In this document: positions 22,114-30,505 of the stretch, piece after piece
Position numbering within the stretch: the stretch's first letter is position 1
Layout of the letters: each line of letters begins with the position of its first letter
NCBI GenBank assembly: GCA_027063065.1
Contig: JAMOSO010000003.1
Span: forward strand, 1,524 to 65,523
Direction of reading: 5' to 3'
Length of the DNA stretch: 64,000 bases
Source: Planctomycetota bacterium
Lineage (GTDB): Bacteria > Planctomycetota > JAMOSO01
Program-made: the position numbers and the translations under genes
Notes under the pieces: model-generated
Database searches by the model: none
Told to the model about the DNA's origin: nothing
What the model saw: only the letters and a program-made list of their open reading frames with translations

Positions 22114-22647
22114 TTAGAACTTTTCAACCTGCCAGAACTCAAGTTCGACAGGCGTGGACCGACCAAAAATTGGAACCATTACAGTCATAGTACCCTTCTC
22201 ATGATCGATTGACTCAACCGATCCTTCATAATTTTCAAACGAACCTTCCATAATACGCACATTATCTGAAATTTCAAAAATAGCTTTAGGCTTTGCCTTT
22301 TCAGCTTGAAAATCCATATCAGATTCAATACGCGCAATTTCGTCAGGACCCATAGGCACTGGCGCATCTCCACAACTATCTATAAAACCCGCTAAATTAG
22401 GGATATCTTCAAGAAAAAGCTGTGTTGTATCGTTGAATTCCATTTCTACTAAAATATAACCTGGAAAAATTTTGCGTTCAAAAACGCGTTTTTTACCAGA
22501 TTTAATTTCAGAAAGACGCTCTGTAGGAACAAGAATTTTACCTATATAGGTTTGTGCTTCTGATCCATCAAGACGAGCCTCGATAGCTTCTTTTACATCA
22601 AATTCACGATCTGTATAAGTTCGTAGGGGGTACCAATTTTTAGCCAT
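22114..22647 (-). CDS. nusG: Transcription elongation factor NusG
   Basis: KIFPGYILVEM, IFGRSTPVELEFWQVEK. Confidence 0.97.
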   Translation of the reverse strand: MAKNWYPLRTYTDREFDVKEAIEARLDGSEAQTYIGKILVPTERLSEIKSGKKRVFERKIFPGYILVEMEFNDTTQLFLEDIPNLAGFIDSCGDAPVPMGPDEIARIESDMDFQAEKAKPKAIFEISDNVRIMEGSFENYEGSVESIDHEKGTMTVMVPIFGRSTPVELEFWQVEKF

Positions 22648-22656
22648 TTTGTCTCA

Positions 22657-23055
22657 CTATATATTTCGGATTATATCCATCAGTCTAGCCACACCATTGT
22701 CCACTACGTAAACGTAGCTACCAAACAAGACACACAAAACAATAACTACAATCGTAGAATTGAATAAATCTTTTTTGGACGACCATGATACTTTGGCCAT
22801 TTCAGATTGGACATCAACCAGAAAATCAACGCATCTAGGTTGTACCTGCGTGCAATAAAAACCTATAGCCAAAAAGACTACAACAATAGTTACTGCACCA
22901 ACACCACCTAAGCTGACGGGATTACCTGAAACCATACCAAGCATAACATCACTAAACCAAGTATTAAATTCATTTGCAGCAAGTAGCGCAAAAAGTAATA
23001 CTAAGCCTAAAACGCCCCATCTTGATATTTTTCCGTGTTCTGGTTTTATAATCAT
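22657..23055 (-). CDS. secE: Preprotein translocase SecE (multi-TM form)
   Basis: FLVDVQSEMAKVSWS motif; lies between tRNA-Trp and nusG. Confidence 0.92.
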   Translation of the reverse strand: MIIKPEHGKISRWGVLGLVLLFALLAANEFNTWFSDVMLGMVSGNPVSLGGVGAVTIVVVFLAIGFYCTQVQPRCVDFLVDVQSEMAKVSWSSKKDLFNSTIVVIVLCVLFGSYVYVVDNGVARLMDIIRNI

Positions 23056-23084
23056 TTAGTTATCTCAAGGATTAACAAGAAAAA

Positions 23085-23157
23085 CAGGAGTGGAGGGACT
23101 CGAACCCCCAACAATCGGATTTGGAATCCGGCGCTCTACCATTAGAGCTACACTCCT
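23085..23157 (-). tRNA. tRNA-Trp(CCA), 3' CCA not encoded
   Basis: AGGAGTG-TA-GCTC-TAATGGTA-GAGC-G-CCGGA-TTCCAAA-TCCGA-TTGTT-GGGGG-TTCGAGT-CCCTC-CACTCCT-G. Confidence 0.95.
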
Positions 23158-23168
23158 AGTTATAATTC

Positions 23169-23321
23169 TTATTTCTTCTTGCGCTCCTTATGCATGGTGT
23201 GGCTTCGGCAAAACTTACAAAACTTCTTAAGTTGGAGCTTTCCGGGTCCCTTGAGCTCTTTCTCAGTGTAGTAGTTGCGTTGCTTACATTCACCGCACTC
23301 TAAACAAACAATGTCGCGCAT
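23169..23321 (-). CDS. rpmG: 50S ribosomal protein L33 (Zn-binding)
   Basis: Manual translation [50 protein letters not shown]. Confidence 0.95.
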   Translation of the reverse strand: MRDIVCLECGECKQRNYYTEKELKGPGKLQLKKFCKFCRSHTMHKERKKK

Positions 23322-23331
23322 TATATGTCCT

Positions 23332-24525
23332 TTACTCTACGATCTTACTTACTACGCCAGCGCCAACGGTTCGTCCACCTTCGCGGATAGCGAAACGTAG
23401 ATTGTCTTCCATAGCAATTGGGCTAATAAGTGTAATGATAAGTTTTAGATTATCACCAGGCATGGCCATTTCAGCATCACCCATAAGGTCTGCTGAACCA
23501 GTAACGTCAGTTGTACGGAAGTAAAACTGAGGACGGTAACCATTAAAGAAAGGAGTATGACGACCACCCTCTTCTTTTGAAAGAACATAAACCTCAGCTT
23601 CAAATTTAGTATGAGGTGTTACAGTTCCTGGTTTAATCAAACACATTCCACGTTGAATAGCATTTTTATCAACACCACGAAGAAGAAGTCCACAGTTTTC
23701 ACCTGCTTGACCTTCATCTAATTCTTTATTGAACATTTCAACACCAGTACATGTTGTTGAAAGTTTTTCATCACGAAGACCAATAATATCAAGAGGATCA
23801 TTAATCTTAACGATTCCACGTTCAATACGTCCAGTAGCTACTGTTCCACGACCCTTAATAGAGAAAACATCCTCTACAGGCATCAAGAAATCTTTATCAG
23901 TATCACGAACTGGTTGTGGAATATAGCTATCTAAAGCTTCCATCAATTCAATAATACATTTTTGTGCATCTGGATCAGCTGGGTTTTCTGAAGCTTTTAA
24001 GGCAGAACCAGGAATTACAGGAATATCATCACCTGGAAAATCGTATTTGCTTAACAATTCACGAATTTCAAGTTCTACCAATTCCAACAATTCTTCGTCA
24101 TCAACCATATCAACTTTGTTTAAGAACACAACAATCGCTGGTACACCAACTTGGCGAGCCAACAAAATGTGTTCACGAGTTTGAGGCATAGGGCCATCAG
24201 CAGCTGATACCACGATGATAGCTCCGTCCATTTGGGCAGCACCAGTAATCATGTTTTTAACATAATCGGCGTGGCCTGGACAGTCAACGTGTGCATAGTG
24301 ACGGTTTTCTGTTCCGTATTCTACGTGTGAAGTTGCGATTGTGATACCGCGATCACGTTCTTCTGGAGCATTATCGATCGAACCAAAGTCACGCTTTTCA
24401 GCTAGACCACGTTCAGCTTGAACCATGCAGATTGCGGCTGTTAAAGTTGTCTTTCCATGGTCAACATGACCAATGGTACCTACATTACAATGAGGTTTAG
24501 ACCTATCAAATTTTTCTTTTGCCAT
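23332..24525 (-). CDS. tuf: Elongation factor Tu
   Basis: [34 protein letters not shown]. Confidence 0.99.
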   Translation of the reverse strand: MAKEKFDRSKPHCNVGTIGHVDHGKTTLTAAICMVQAERGLAEKRDFGSIDNAPEERDRGITIATSHVEYGTENRHYAHVDCPGHADYVKNMITGAAQMDGAIIVVSAADGPMPQTREHILLARQVGVPAIVVFLNKVDMVDDEELLELVELEIRELLSKYDFPGDDIPVIPGSALKASENPADPDAQKCIIELMEALDSYIPQPVRDTDKDFLMPVEDVFSIKGRGTVATGRIERGIVKINDPLDIIGLRDEKLSTTCTGVEMFNKELDEGQAGENCGLLLRGVDKNAIQRGMCLIKPGTVTPHTKFEAEVYVLSKEEGGRHTPFFNGYRPQFYFRTTDVTGSADLMGDAEMAMPGDNLKLIITLISPIAMEDNLRFAIREGGRTVGAGVVSKIVE

Positions 24526-24602
24526 TTTTTCTCCTACTTTAAAAAAAGTGGCTTGAATTACAAAATATATTTATTAGAAGCGCTACGCGTAATAGCTGTA
24601 AA

Positions 24603-24677
24603 TGGAGCTGCTGATGGGATTTGAACCCATGACCTCGTCCTTACCAAGGACGTGCTCTACCCCTGAGCCACAGCAGC
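24603..24677 (-). tRNA. tRNA-Thr(GGT)
   Basis: GCTGCTG...CGTCC-TTGGTAA-GGACG...GGTTCAAATCCC...CAGCAGCTCCA. Confidence 0.96.
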
Positions 24678-24684
24678 TCATGAA

Positions 24685-24758
24685 TGGAGCGGGTAGAGAG
24701 AATCGAACTCTCGTCGCTAGCTTGGAAGGCTAGAGCTTTACCACTAAGCAATACCCGC
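24685..24758 (-). tRNA. tRNA-Gly(TCC)
   Basis: GCGGGTA...CTAGC-CTTCCAA-GCTAG...GTTCGATTC...TACCCGCTCCA. Confidence 0.96.
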
Positions 24759-24763
24759 ATAAA

Positions 24764-24848
24764 TGGTGGGGAGAGCAGGATTCGAACCTGCGAAGTCGAA
24801 GACAACAGATTTACAGTCTGTCCTATTTGGCCGCTTTAGTATCTCCCC
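24764..24848 (-). tRNA. tRNA-Tyr(GTA)
   Basis: GGGGAGA...ACAGA-CTGTAAA-TCTGT, long variable arm, GGTTCGAATCC, TCTCCCCACCA. Confidence 0.96.
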
Positions 24849-24858
24849 AGTTATTATC

Positions 24859-24934
24859 TGGAGCCTCCAGTCGGATTCGAACCAACGACCTGCGGTTTAC
24901 AAAACCGCTGCTCTACCAACTGAGCTATGGAGGC
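24859..24934 (-). tRNA. tRNA-Thr(TGT)
   Basis: GCCTCCA...GCGGT-TTTGTAA-ACCGC...GGTTCGAATCC...TGGAGGCTCCA. Confidence 0.96.
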
Positions 24935-25002
24935 ATTTCTTCATTTTAAAAGAGCTGTTGCTCAAGAGCAACTTTCCACTCGCCTTGCTTATGGAGGCGC
25001 AA

Positions 25003-25030
25003 ATAATAAAACTTTGAGCATTATAGTCAA
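25003..25030 (-). promoter_or_regulatory. Candidate stable-RNA promoter for the tRNA-tuf operon
   Basis: TTGACT-N16-TATTAT followed by a GC-rich discriminator (TTGCGCC); A-tract UP-like region upstream. Confidence 0.75.
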
Positions 25031-25079
25031 GAGTTTCTTTTCTTTTTTTTGATTTTTTTTGATTTAAACAAAAACATTA

Positions 25080-25109
25080 TAAAAAAGCCCCTAAAAAGGG
25101 GCTTTTTTA
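25080..25109 (-). terminator. Intrinsic terminator after the Na/Pi cotransporter
   Basis: AAAAAAGCCCC-TAAAAA-GGGGCTTTTTT, symmetrical. Confidence 0.85.
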
Positions 25110-25139
25110 TACGACAACACGATTTTTAAATTAATATTT

Positions 25140-26840
25140 CTACAAAACACCAGATCTTGCAGATGCAATATGAACTAAATGATCATTGATTTTTCGATAA
25201 CTAACCAAAACATCACTGTAACTTGTAATTAATAATGGATTCATTTTTTGCTCAGACACCTGAGACCAATGATTAGTCCTATATTTACGTATCTCTTTCT
25301 TAATAGCCTCACCTTCAGTCTCAGCAGTCACAGACACAACAGAAACCGCCTCATCATCTGCTGAAATAATCTTTTTAAACAAGCTATTTAGCCTGTCATT
25401 TAAGCTTTTCATTTCAACCATTTGATAACCTAAAAAGCCCAAACCATCTTCTCGCAACCTTATACATAATTTTAAAATTTGTGTTATATAATCGCTTACA
25501 GACTCATATTCGTCTGCCAACACCAAATGCGCACTTGATTCTTCTATCAATTCATGACTTAACACATCACCACGCACATCAGTAATAAATGCAGTAATTT
25601 CCTTCTGAACATTATCTAAGATATTTTCACGTTCAAATATCTTAGAAGCAGCCACATCATCATCGACATCTTCAAGAACCGCTTTTAAGTTATCCATCAT
25701 CTCCTGAGTGCGAACACCCATTCTGTCAATTTCAAACTTACTTCTTTCTATTGCAGCCCACCCAGTTTCAAAATCAGCAAAATCCAACCCTGTCAAATAA
25801 TGTTTATCAGACCCTGGCGAATCTGGAACTATACGCTCTAAAAATCGCGCAATAACTCTAACGAACGGCAAAAAGATTATAACATTTGCAATATTAAATA
25901 CTGAATGTACAGTAGCTATACCAATAGTAATGGACGTGTACTCTTTTACCCCCATTTCATCAACCTTAAACGCCATAACATCAGGTATTCCAGAAAATTT
26001 AGCCAACAACCACTCTATGCCAGGTATATAAATTGGTATAAAAATAATAGTCATAACAAACACACCTACCACATTAAACAACATATGAAAGTAAGCAGCT
26101 CGCCTAGCATTTGCCGCAGCGCCAATGGACGCCAACATAGCTGTAATGGTAGTACCTATGTTTTCTCCCAACACCAAAGCACCTGCCGTTTGAAAATCAA
26201 GCAAACCCTGTGTTGCCAACGCAATAGTAATTCCCAAAGTGGCAGATGAAGACTGAACTATAAAAGTTAAAATACACCCAACCGCTACACATTTTAAAAC
26301 GCCAAAGTAAGAATTAGCATGAAAAGTATTAAACCAAGCCTGAAATTCAGGCAAACTTTTCATTGGCTTAAACCCGTTTTTCATAAGCTCTAAACCAAAA
26401 AAAATCATTCCGACACCCATTATCGCCAAGGCAATATATCTAGTACGCTCACGTTTACTGAATAGATAAATAAATGCACAAACACCCAAGATAGGCAATC
26501 CATACTTACCTATCTTCAACGCTAAAACCCAACCTGTTATCGTAGTTCCTATATTTGCACCTAAGATTACACCCATAGCCTGATGCAAAGCCATAATCCC
26601 AGAATTTACAAAACCAATCGCCATTACAGTCGAAACAGATGAACTCTGCACAAAACACGTAACTAAAAGACCTGTAATAACTGCAGCAATCCTATTATCC
26701 GTTACAGCGCCAATCATCCTCCTCAAAGATGGACCAGTAATGGTTTGCAACCCTTCTGACATATATCGCATGCCCAAAAGAAAAATACCCAAACCACCCA
26801 CAAGTGAAAATGCCATTTTCATCAACAAATCAGTATCCAT
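25140..26840 (-). CDS. Na+/Pi cotransporter (NptA/YjbB family) with C-terminal PhoU-like domain
   Basis: Duplicated VQSSS and GANIGTT/GENIGTT motifs; hydrophilic helical C-terminus (ADEYESVSDY). Confidence 0.92.
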   Translation of the reverse strand: MDTDLLMKMAFSLVGGLGIFLLGMRYMSEGLQTITGPSLRRMIGAVTDNRIAAVITGLLVTCFVQSSSVSTVMAIGFVNSGIMALHQAMGVILGANIGTTITGWVLALKIGKYGLPILGVCAFIYLFSKRERTRYIALAIMGVGMIFFGLELMKNGFKPMKSLPEFQAWFNTFHANSYFGVLKCVAVGCILTFIVQSSSATLGITIALATQGLLDFQTAGALVLGENIGTTITAMLASIGAAANARRAAYFHMLFNVVGVFVMTIIFIPIYIPGIEWLLAKFSGIPDVMAFKVDEMGVKEYTSITIGIATVHSVFNIANVIIFLPFVRVIARFLERIVPDSPGSDKHYLTGLDFADFETGWAAIERSKFEIDRMGVRTQEMMDNLKAVLEDVDDDVAASKIFERENILDNVQKEITAFITDVRGDVLSHELIEESSAHLVLADEYESVSDYITQILKLCIRLREDGLGFLGYQMVEMKSLNDRLNSLFKKIISADDEAVSVVSVTAETEGEAIKKEIRKYRTNHWSQVSEQKMNPLLITSYSDVLVSYRKINDHLVHIASARSGVL

Positions 26841-26881
26841 ATTTCCTCACAATACAATTAAAAAATCCTTAAACTCATTCA

Positions 26882-26909
26882 ATTTTATAGATTAATTAAC
26901 ATCTAACAA
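26882..26909 (-). promoter_or_regulatory. Candidate sigma70 promoter of the Na/Pi cotransporter
   Basis: TTGTTA-N16-TAAAAT. Confidence 0.5.
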
Positions 26910-26990
26910 GTTATTTATATATTTAAAATGAGGAACTAAAAAACGCCAACTGACAAATAAAAATCAAAAAAATAAGTTTTATACAAATAC

Positions 26991-27026
26991 AAAAAGGGTG
27001 TTCCGCCAAAGCGAAACACCCCTTTC
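26991..27026 (-). terminator. Intrinsic terminator after flagellin
   Basis: Minus strand GGGGTGTTTCGC-TTTG-GCGGAACACCC-TTTTT. Confidence 0.8.
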
Positions 27027-27110
27027 AAGGCGCGGTTGCACATATTTAAAATATTATAAATTCCACTTGTTCATAAACCGCGATTTACAAACAAATAAAA
27101 CAATTAATTA

Positions 27111-28595
27111 TTAACCAAGTAACGACAAGACTGACTGACTCATAGTATTTGCTTGCGACATCATCGATGTACCCGACTGCATCAAGATCTGATTTTTTGT
27201 AAATTCCATCATCTCTTTGGCAAAGTCTACGTCACGAATTCTACTTTCAGAAGCTGTTAGGTTTTCATTCGTAACCCGCAAAGATGAGATATTAGCATCT
27301 AAAGTATTTTTCTGAAATGCACCCAACTGCGAACGCTGACTTGACACATCAGCAATAGCCAAATCAATAATCTTTACCGCAGCATCTGGATCTGTAGACA
27401 AATCATTATCTCCACCAGATTTCAAAGTAGACAAAAAGCCACTTCTAGCATTACCATCACTATCTACAAACAATGTTTTAGTACCTAATAATGTAGAATG
27501 AGAAGACGCTATCCCCACTACTTTTTGCTCGTTAGGATTAGTGTTTGGGCCTAACTGAAAAGTCATACCACTTTCATGCACTACAAAAGTTCTACCTTTT
27601 GTACCGGTTCCACCATCTCCAACACTAGAAGAGGAGCTTCCCAACAACTCTATTTCACCAGTAAAGAATGTAGATGAAACGTTTAAAAAATTGCCCGATG
27701 CCGAGCCAGACATACCATTTACTGTAGCCTCAGCATCTAACCCATCATCAAAATCCTGTGTCCCAACAGTGGAAACATGAAACATATCAGCCGTACCTTC
27801 TAATACCTCAACTTCAATTCTAGCGTCACTACCAAAATCGGTAGACCATAAAGTACCATCTGTATTTGCTCTAATTCCTGTATTTTCACTTAAAGCATTA
27901 ATACTATCAACAGCTTGAGCTCTAGTTTGATCTTTACCAAAAGATATAACCTCAGATCCTTCTTTTCCAGAAAATCTTATAGTAACATTTTTAGTGATTG
28001 GATCAGGAATTTCATCAGTATTAACCGCACGCTCTGAAACTCTCGATACAGCCACATTTATAGAAATTGTACTTGCAGAACCAAATTGTAAACCCCTAAT
28101 TGTTGTGCCACTTAAATTTGTTGCTGGACCTGTTGTGCCACCAATATTTGTTGTAATCCTAAAATCCTGCGAACCATCCAATAAACGCTTACCAGAAAAT
28201 CTAGTTGAATTTGCAATACGATCTATAGTTGCTATAGCAGAATCTACCTCATCCTGATTAGCCCTTATTTGCTGATCATCCATACCACCAGTATTTGCAG
28301 CCTCCACAGCCAAAACCCTAATATTTTTCAATAAAGTATTAACCTCACTTAACGCACCTTCTGCAGTGCCTATAATATTTGATGCGCGTTGAGAGTTTTC
28401 AATTGCTTGATCCATACCTCCGATTTGCGCTCTTAATTGCTCTGAAATAACCAAACCCGCAGGTTTGTCAGAAGCTCTATTAATTGCAAATCCTGAGCTT
28501 AACTTTTCTAGAGAACTATTCATTTTATCATCAGTTCTCAAAAGTTGATTGTGCGCATTGATTGATGCCACATTGTTGTTAATGCGTAGTGCCAT
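27111..28595 (-). CDS. fliC: Flagellin
   Basis: MALRINNN...LEKLSSGFAINRASD N-terminus; RSQLGAFQ, ENLTASESRIRDVDFAKEM, VLSLLG C-terminus. Confidence 0.97.
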   Translation of the reverse strand: MALRINNNVASINAHNQLLRTDDKMNSSLEKLSSGFAINRASDKPAGLVISEQLRAQIGGMDQAIENSQRASNIIGTAEGALSEVNTLLKNIRVLAVEAANTGGMDDQQIRANQDEVDSAIATIDRIANSTRFSGKRLLDGSQDFRITTNIGGTTGPATNLSGTTIRGLQFGSASTISINVAVSRVSERAVNTDEIPDPITKNVTIRFSGKEGSEVISFGKDQTRAQAVDSINALSENTGIRANTDGTLWSTDFGSDARIEVEVLEGTADMFHVSTVGTQDFDDGLDAEATVNGMSGSASGNFLNVSSTFFTGEIELLGSSSSSVGDGGTGTKGRTFVVHESGMTFQLGPNTNPNEQKVVGIASSHSTLLGTKTLFVDSDGNARSGFLSTLKSGGDNDLSTDPDAAVKIIDLAIADVSSQRSQLGAFQKNTLDANISSLRVTNENLTASESRIRDVDFAKEMMEFTKNQILMQSGTSMMSQANTMSQSVLSLLG

Positions 28596-28599
28596 TGTA

Positions 28600-28671
28600 T
28601 CCTCCTTGAAGAATGTTGTTTACAGCTGGGTATCCCTATCCAACTGGCGACCATAAAAGAAACATCCTTGT
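28600..28671 (-). promoter_or_regulatory. CsrA-type GGA sites in the flagellin 5' UTR
   Basis: ACAAGGATGT at 28662-28671; AGGGA in the loop of the CAGTTGG/CCAGCTG stem at 28623-28646; CAAGGAGGA at the SD. Confidence 0.7.
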
Positions 28672-28746
28672 TCTTACAGGTCTAGTTATAAAAAAAGAAC
28701 ATGCTAAAGACTTGCTTATTTCAAACATTTGCCTTCAACACCCAAC

Positions 28747-28773
28747 TTATCGGACATAGAAAATAAACCTTTA
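28747..28773 (-). promoter_or_regulatory. Sigma28 (FliA) promoter of flagellin
   Basis: TAAA-N15-TCCGATAA versus consensus TAAA-N15-GCCGATAA. Confidence 0.85.
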
Positions 28774-28848
28774 GAAAAAAAATAAATCTTTTTTAAAACA
28801 TCTTTTAAGTGTCAAATACAATTTATACAGAATAACACACAATATTTA

Positions 28849-28919
28849 GTGACATTTTTTGGCACTGCCAGAACCATGACGACAAAATATGTCACAAGAC
28901 AAGTGACGTTTTTTGTCAA
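28849..28919. repeat. Three imperfect palindromes TGACA-N5-TGTCA (candidate activator sites)
   Basis: GTGACA-TTTTT-TGGCAC (28849), ACGACA-AAATA-TGTCAC (28879), GTGACG-TTTTT-TGTCAA (28903). Confidence 0.7.
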
Positions 28920-28991
28920 ACAACAACTTTTCATATACCGCTTAAAACATAAACACCTACCAACAAACAACTTATCTAATTTGTATGTTTT

Positions 28992-29008
28992 TGGCACGAT
29001 ATTCTCTA
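28992..29008 (+). promoter_or_regulatory. Candidate sigma54 promoter of the pilin
   Basis: Perfect -24 element TGGCACG; the -12 element reads TCTCT instead of TTGCT; about 45 nt before the ATG. Confidence 0.55.
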
Positions 29009-29050
29009 TAAGAAAACTGTTAATTTCACATCTTTTAAAGGAGAAAAAAA

Positions 29051-29758
29051 ATGATGATGAAGAAAAAAGCATTCACCCTAATCGAGTTGATGATCGTTGT
29101 AGCTATTATCGCTATTATTGCAGCGATTGCGATCCCCAACTTACTAGCCGCAAAAATGAGCGCTAACGAAACAGCCTCTATCGGTAGTTTAAGCGCCATT
29201 AAAAATGCCGAAACTTTGTACGCAGAGCGAGATATTGATGGCGACGGCAAAGGCAATTACTGGAATTTAAACATTTATGGCCTTTACTCTATCCAAAACA
29301 ATGCTGGTACTGCCATTAAACTAATTCAAGACCCTGCCACTGCTATGTCAGATACAAGCACTGTATTGACAAAAGCTGATGCTGATGCCGCTTTCGTTGC
29401 AGCTGGCGCAACTGCAGCCCCTGGTTATGGCATCGCTTATGTAGCCGCCAACAAAGCCCCTAAACAAGGTTACTACATTGCAGCAGGTACCGACGGTTGG
29501 GATACAAGCACAGATTCTTCTGTAGCCTTAGACTGTGTTACAGGTGGACAATATGTATTCAGTGCATATCCAGAGAAATACAATTCTACTGGCGTAATGA
29601 CATACATACTTAACCAACAAGGCGTTGTATATCAAGGTGATTTAGCCCAAGGTGCAGCTGTAGCTAAATGGCCTGCAGAAAACCCTCAAACAGCATTGTT
29701 AACTGCTACAAATGCAGGCGTATCAAACGCTACTGCCAAATGGCAAGTTGCTAAATAA
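29051..29758 (+). CDS. Type IV pilin-like protein with DUF2950-like globular domain
   Basis: Class III signal KKKA|FTLIELMIVVAIIAIIAAIAIPNL; DIDGDG and AYPEKYNSTGVMTYILNQQGVVYQGDL recall DUF2950 motifs; AAGGAG SD. Confidence 0.85.
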   Translation: MMMKKKAFTLIELMIVVAIIAIIAAIAIPNLLAAKMSANETASIGSLSAIKNAETLYAERDIDGDGKGNYWNLNIYGLYSIQNNAGTAIKLIQDPATAMSDTSTVLTKADADAAFVAAGATAAPGYGIAYVAANKAPKQGYYIAAGTDGWDTSTDSSVALDCVTGGQYVFSAYPEKYNSTGVMTYILNQQGVVYQGDLAQGAAVAKWPAENPQTALLTATNAGVSNATAKWQVAK

Positions 29759-29774
29759 TAACTAAGTTAGTACA

Positions 29775-29822
29775 GCTTAAATAAAAAAGGTCGCTATTAT
29801 TAGCGACCTTTTTTATTTAAGC
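29775..29822 (+). terminator. Perfect 22-bp inverted repeat terminator after the pilin
   Basis: GCTTAAATAAAAAAGGTCGCTA-TTAT-TAGCGACCTTTTTTATTTAAGC. Confidence 0.9.
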
Positions 29823-29858
29823 CATTAGATATCCTATTAAAATCTAATAAATAAAATG

Positions 29859-29886
29859 TTGACCTCCCTATGCTTTCCGCCACAAT
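29859..29886 (+). promoter_or_regulatory. Candidate sigma70 promoter of recR (leaderless)
   Basis: TTGACC-N16-CACAAT, 7 nt before ATG 29894. Confidence 0.55.
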
Positions 29887-29893
29887 ACCACGC

Positions 29894-30505
29894 ATGCAAA
29901 GCATTCACACTTCATCAATTGAACAACTAATAGAACAGTTTCAGACTCTACCAGGGGTTGGCAAACGTAGTGCAGAAAGGTTTGCTTACCACATTTTAAA
30001 GACCCCAACCAATGATGCTATGAATATGGCCAGAGCCATCAGAGATGTAAAACAAAATATTCGCAATTGCAACTGTTGTTTTAATATTACTGAAGATGAT
30101 TTATGCACCATCTGTAATAGTTCTAAACGTAACCAACGCCAATTATGCGTTGTGGAATTTCCAAAAGATCTATTTAGCATCGAAAAATCTGGACTATACA
30201 ACGGCGTATACCATGTACTGTTAGGAAAACTATCCCCCCTTGATCATATTGGCCCTGAACGATTAAAAATTGCTGAATTATTTCAAAGATTAAAGCAAAA
30301 TGAATTTGACGAAATAATCTTAGCTACAAACCCAACTGTGGAGGGGGATGCAACTAGCTTATATATAATAAAAAAAATAAAGGAACTAAACATCAGCACC
30401 CATATCAGTAGGTTAGCACGAGGTATTCCTGCAGGCGCAGAAATCGAATTTGCATCAAAAGCTATGCTAAGCGATGCTCTTTCCAAAAGACAAGGTATCA
30501 ATTAA
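29894..30505 (+). CDS. recR: Recombination mediator RecR
   Basis: LPGVGKRSAER HhH, C4 Zn finger, ILATNPTVEGDAT Toprim; start 29894 preferred over 29870. Confidence 0.96.
   Translation: MQSIHTSSIEQLIEQFQTLPGVGKRSAERFAYHILKTPTNDAMNMARAIRDVKQNIRNCNCCFNITEDDLCTICNSSKRNQRQLCVVEFPKDLFSIEKSGLYNGVYHVLLGKLSPLDHIGPERLKIAELFQRLKQNEFDEIILATNPTVEGDATSLYIIKKIKELNISTHISRLARGIPAGAEIEFASKAMLSDALSKRQGIN

Noticed and set aside
506..24191. Many 60-175 aa ORFs antisense to, or out of frame with, ribosomal, rpoBC and tuf genes (e.g. 17060-17587, 15146-15538)
   Set aside because: Shadow ORFs of conserved genes; no recognisable motifs.
24763..25017. 84-aa plus-strand ORF (MVGRAGFEPA...)
   Set aside because: It is the antisense translation of tRNA-Tyr and tRNA-Thr.
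28849..28919. Repeated palindromes as a mini-CRISPR or transposon end
   Set aside because: Repeats are 17 nt and degenerate, gaps are only 7-13 nt, and there are no cas or transposase genes; a protein-binding site fits better.
28812..29256. Three ORFs across the fliC-pilin spacer
   Set aside because: They overlap the regulatory palindromes and the pilin start, with no SD and no protein-like features.
29775..29822. 22-bp perfect inverted repeat as a MITE or REP
   Set aside because: Single copy in the window, 4-nt loop, A/T tails, directly after a stop codon: an ordinary bidirectional terminator.
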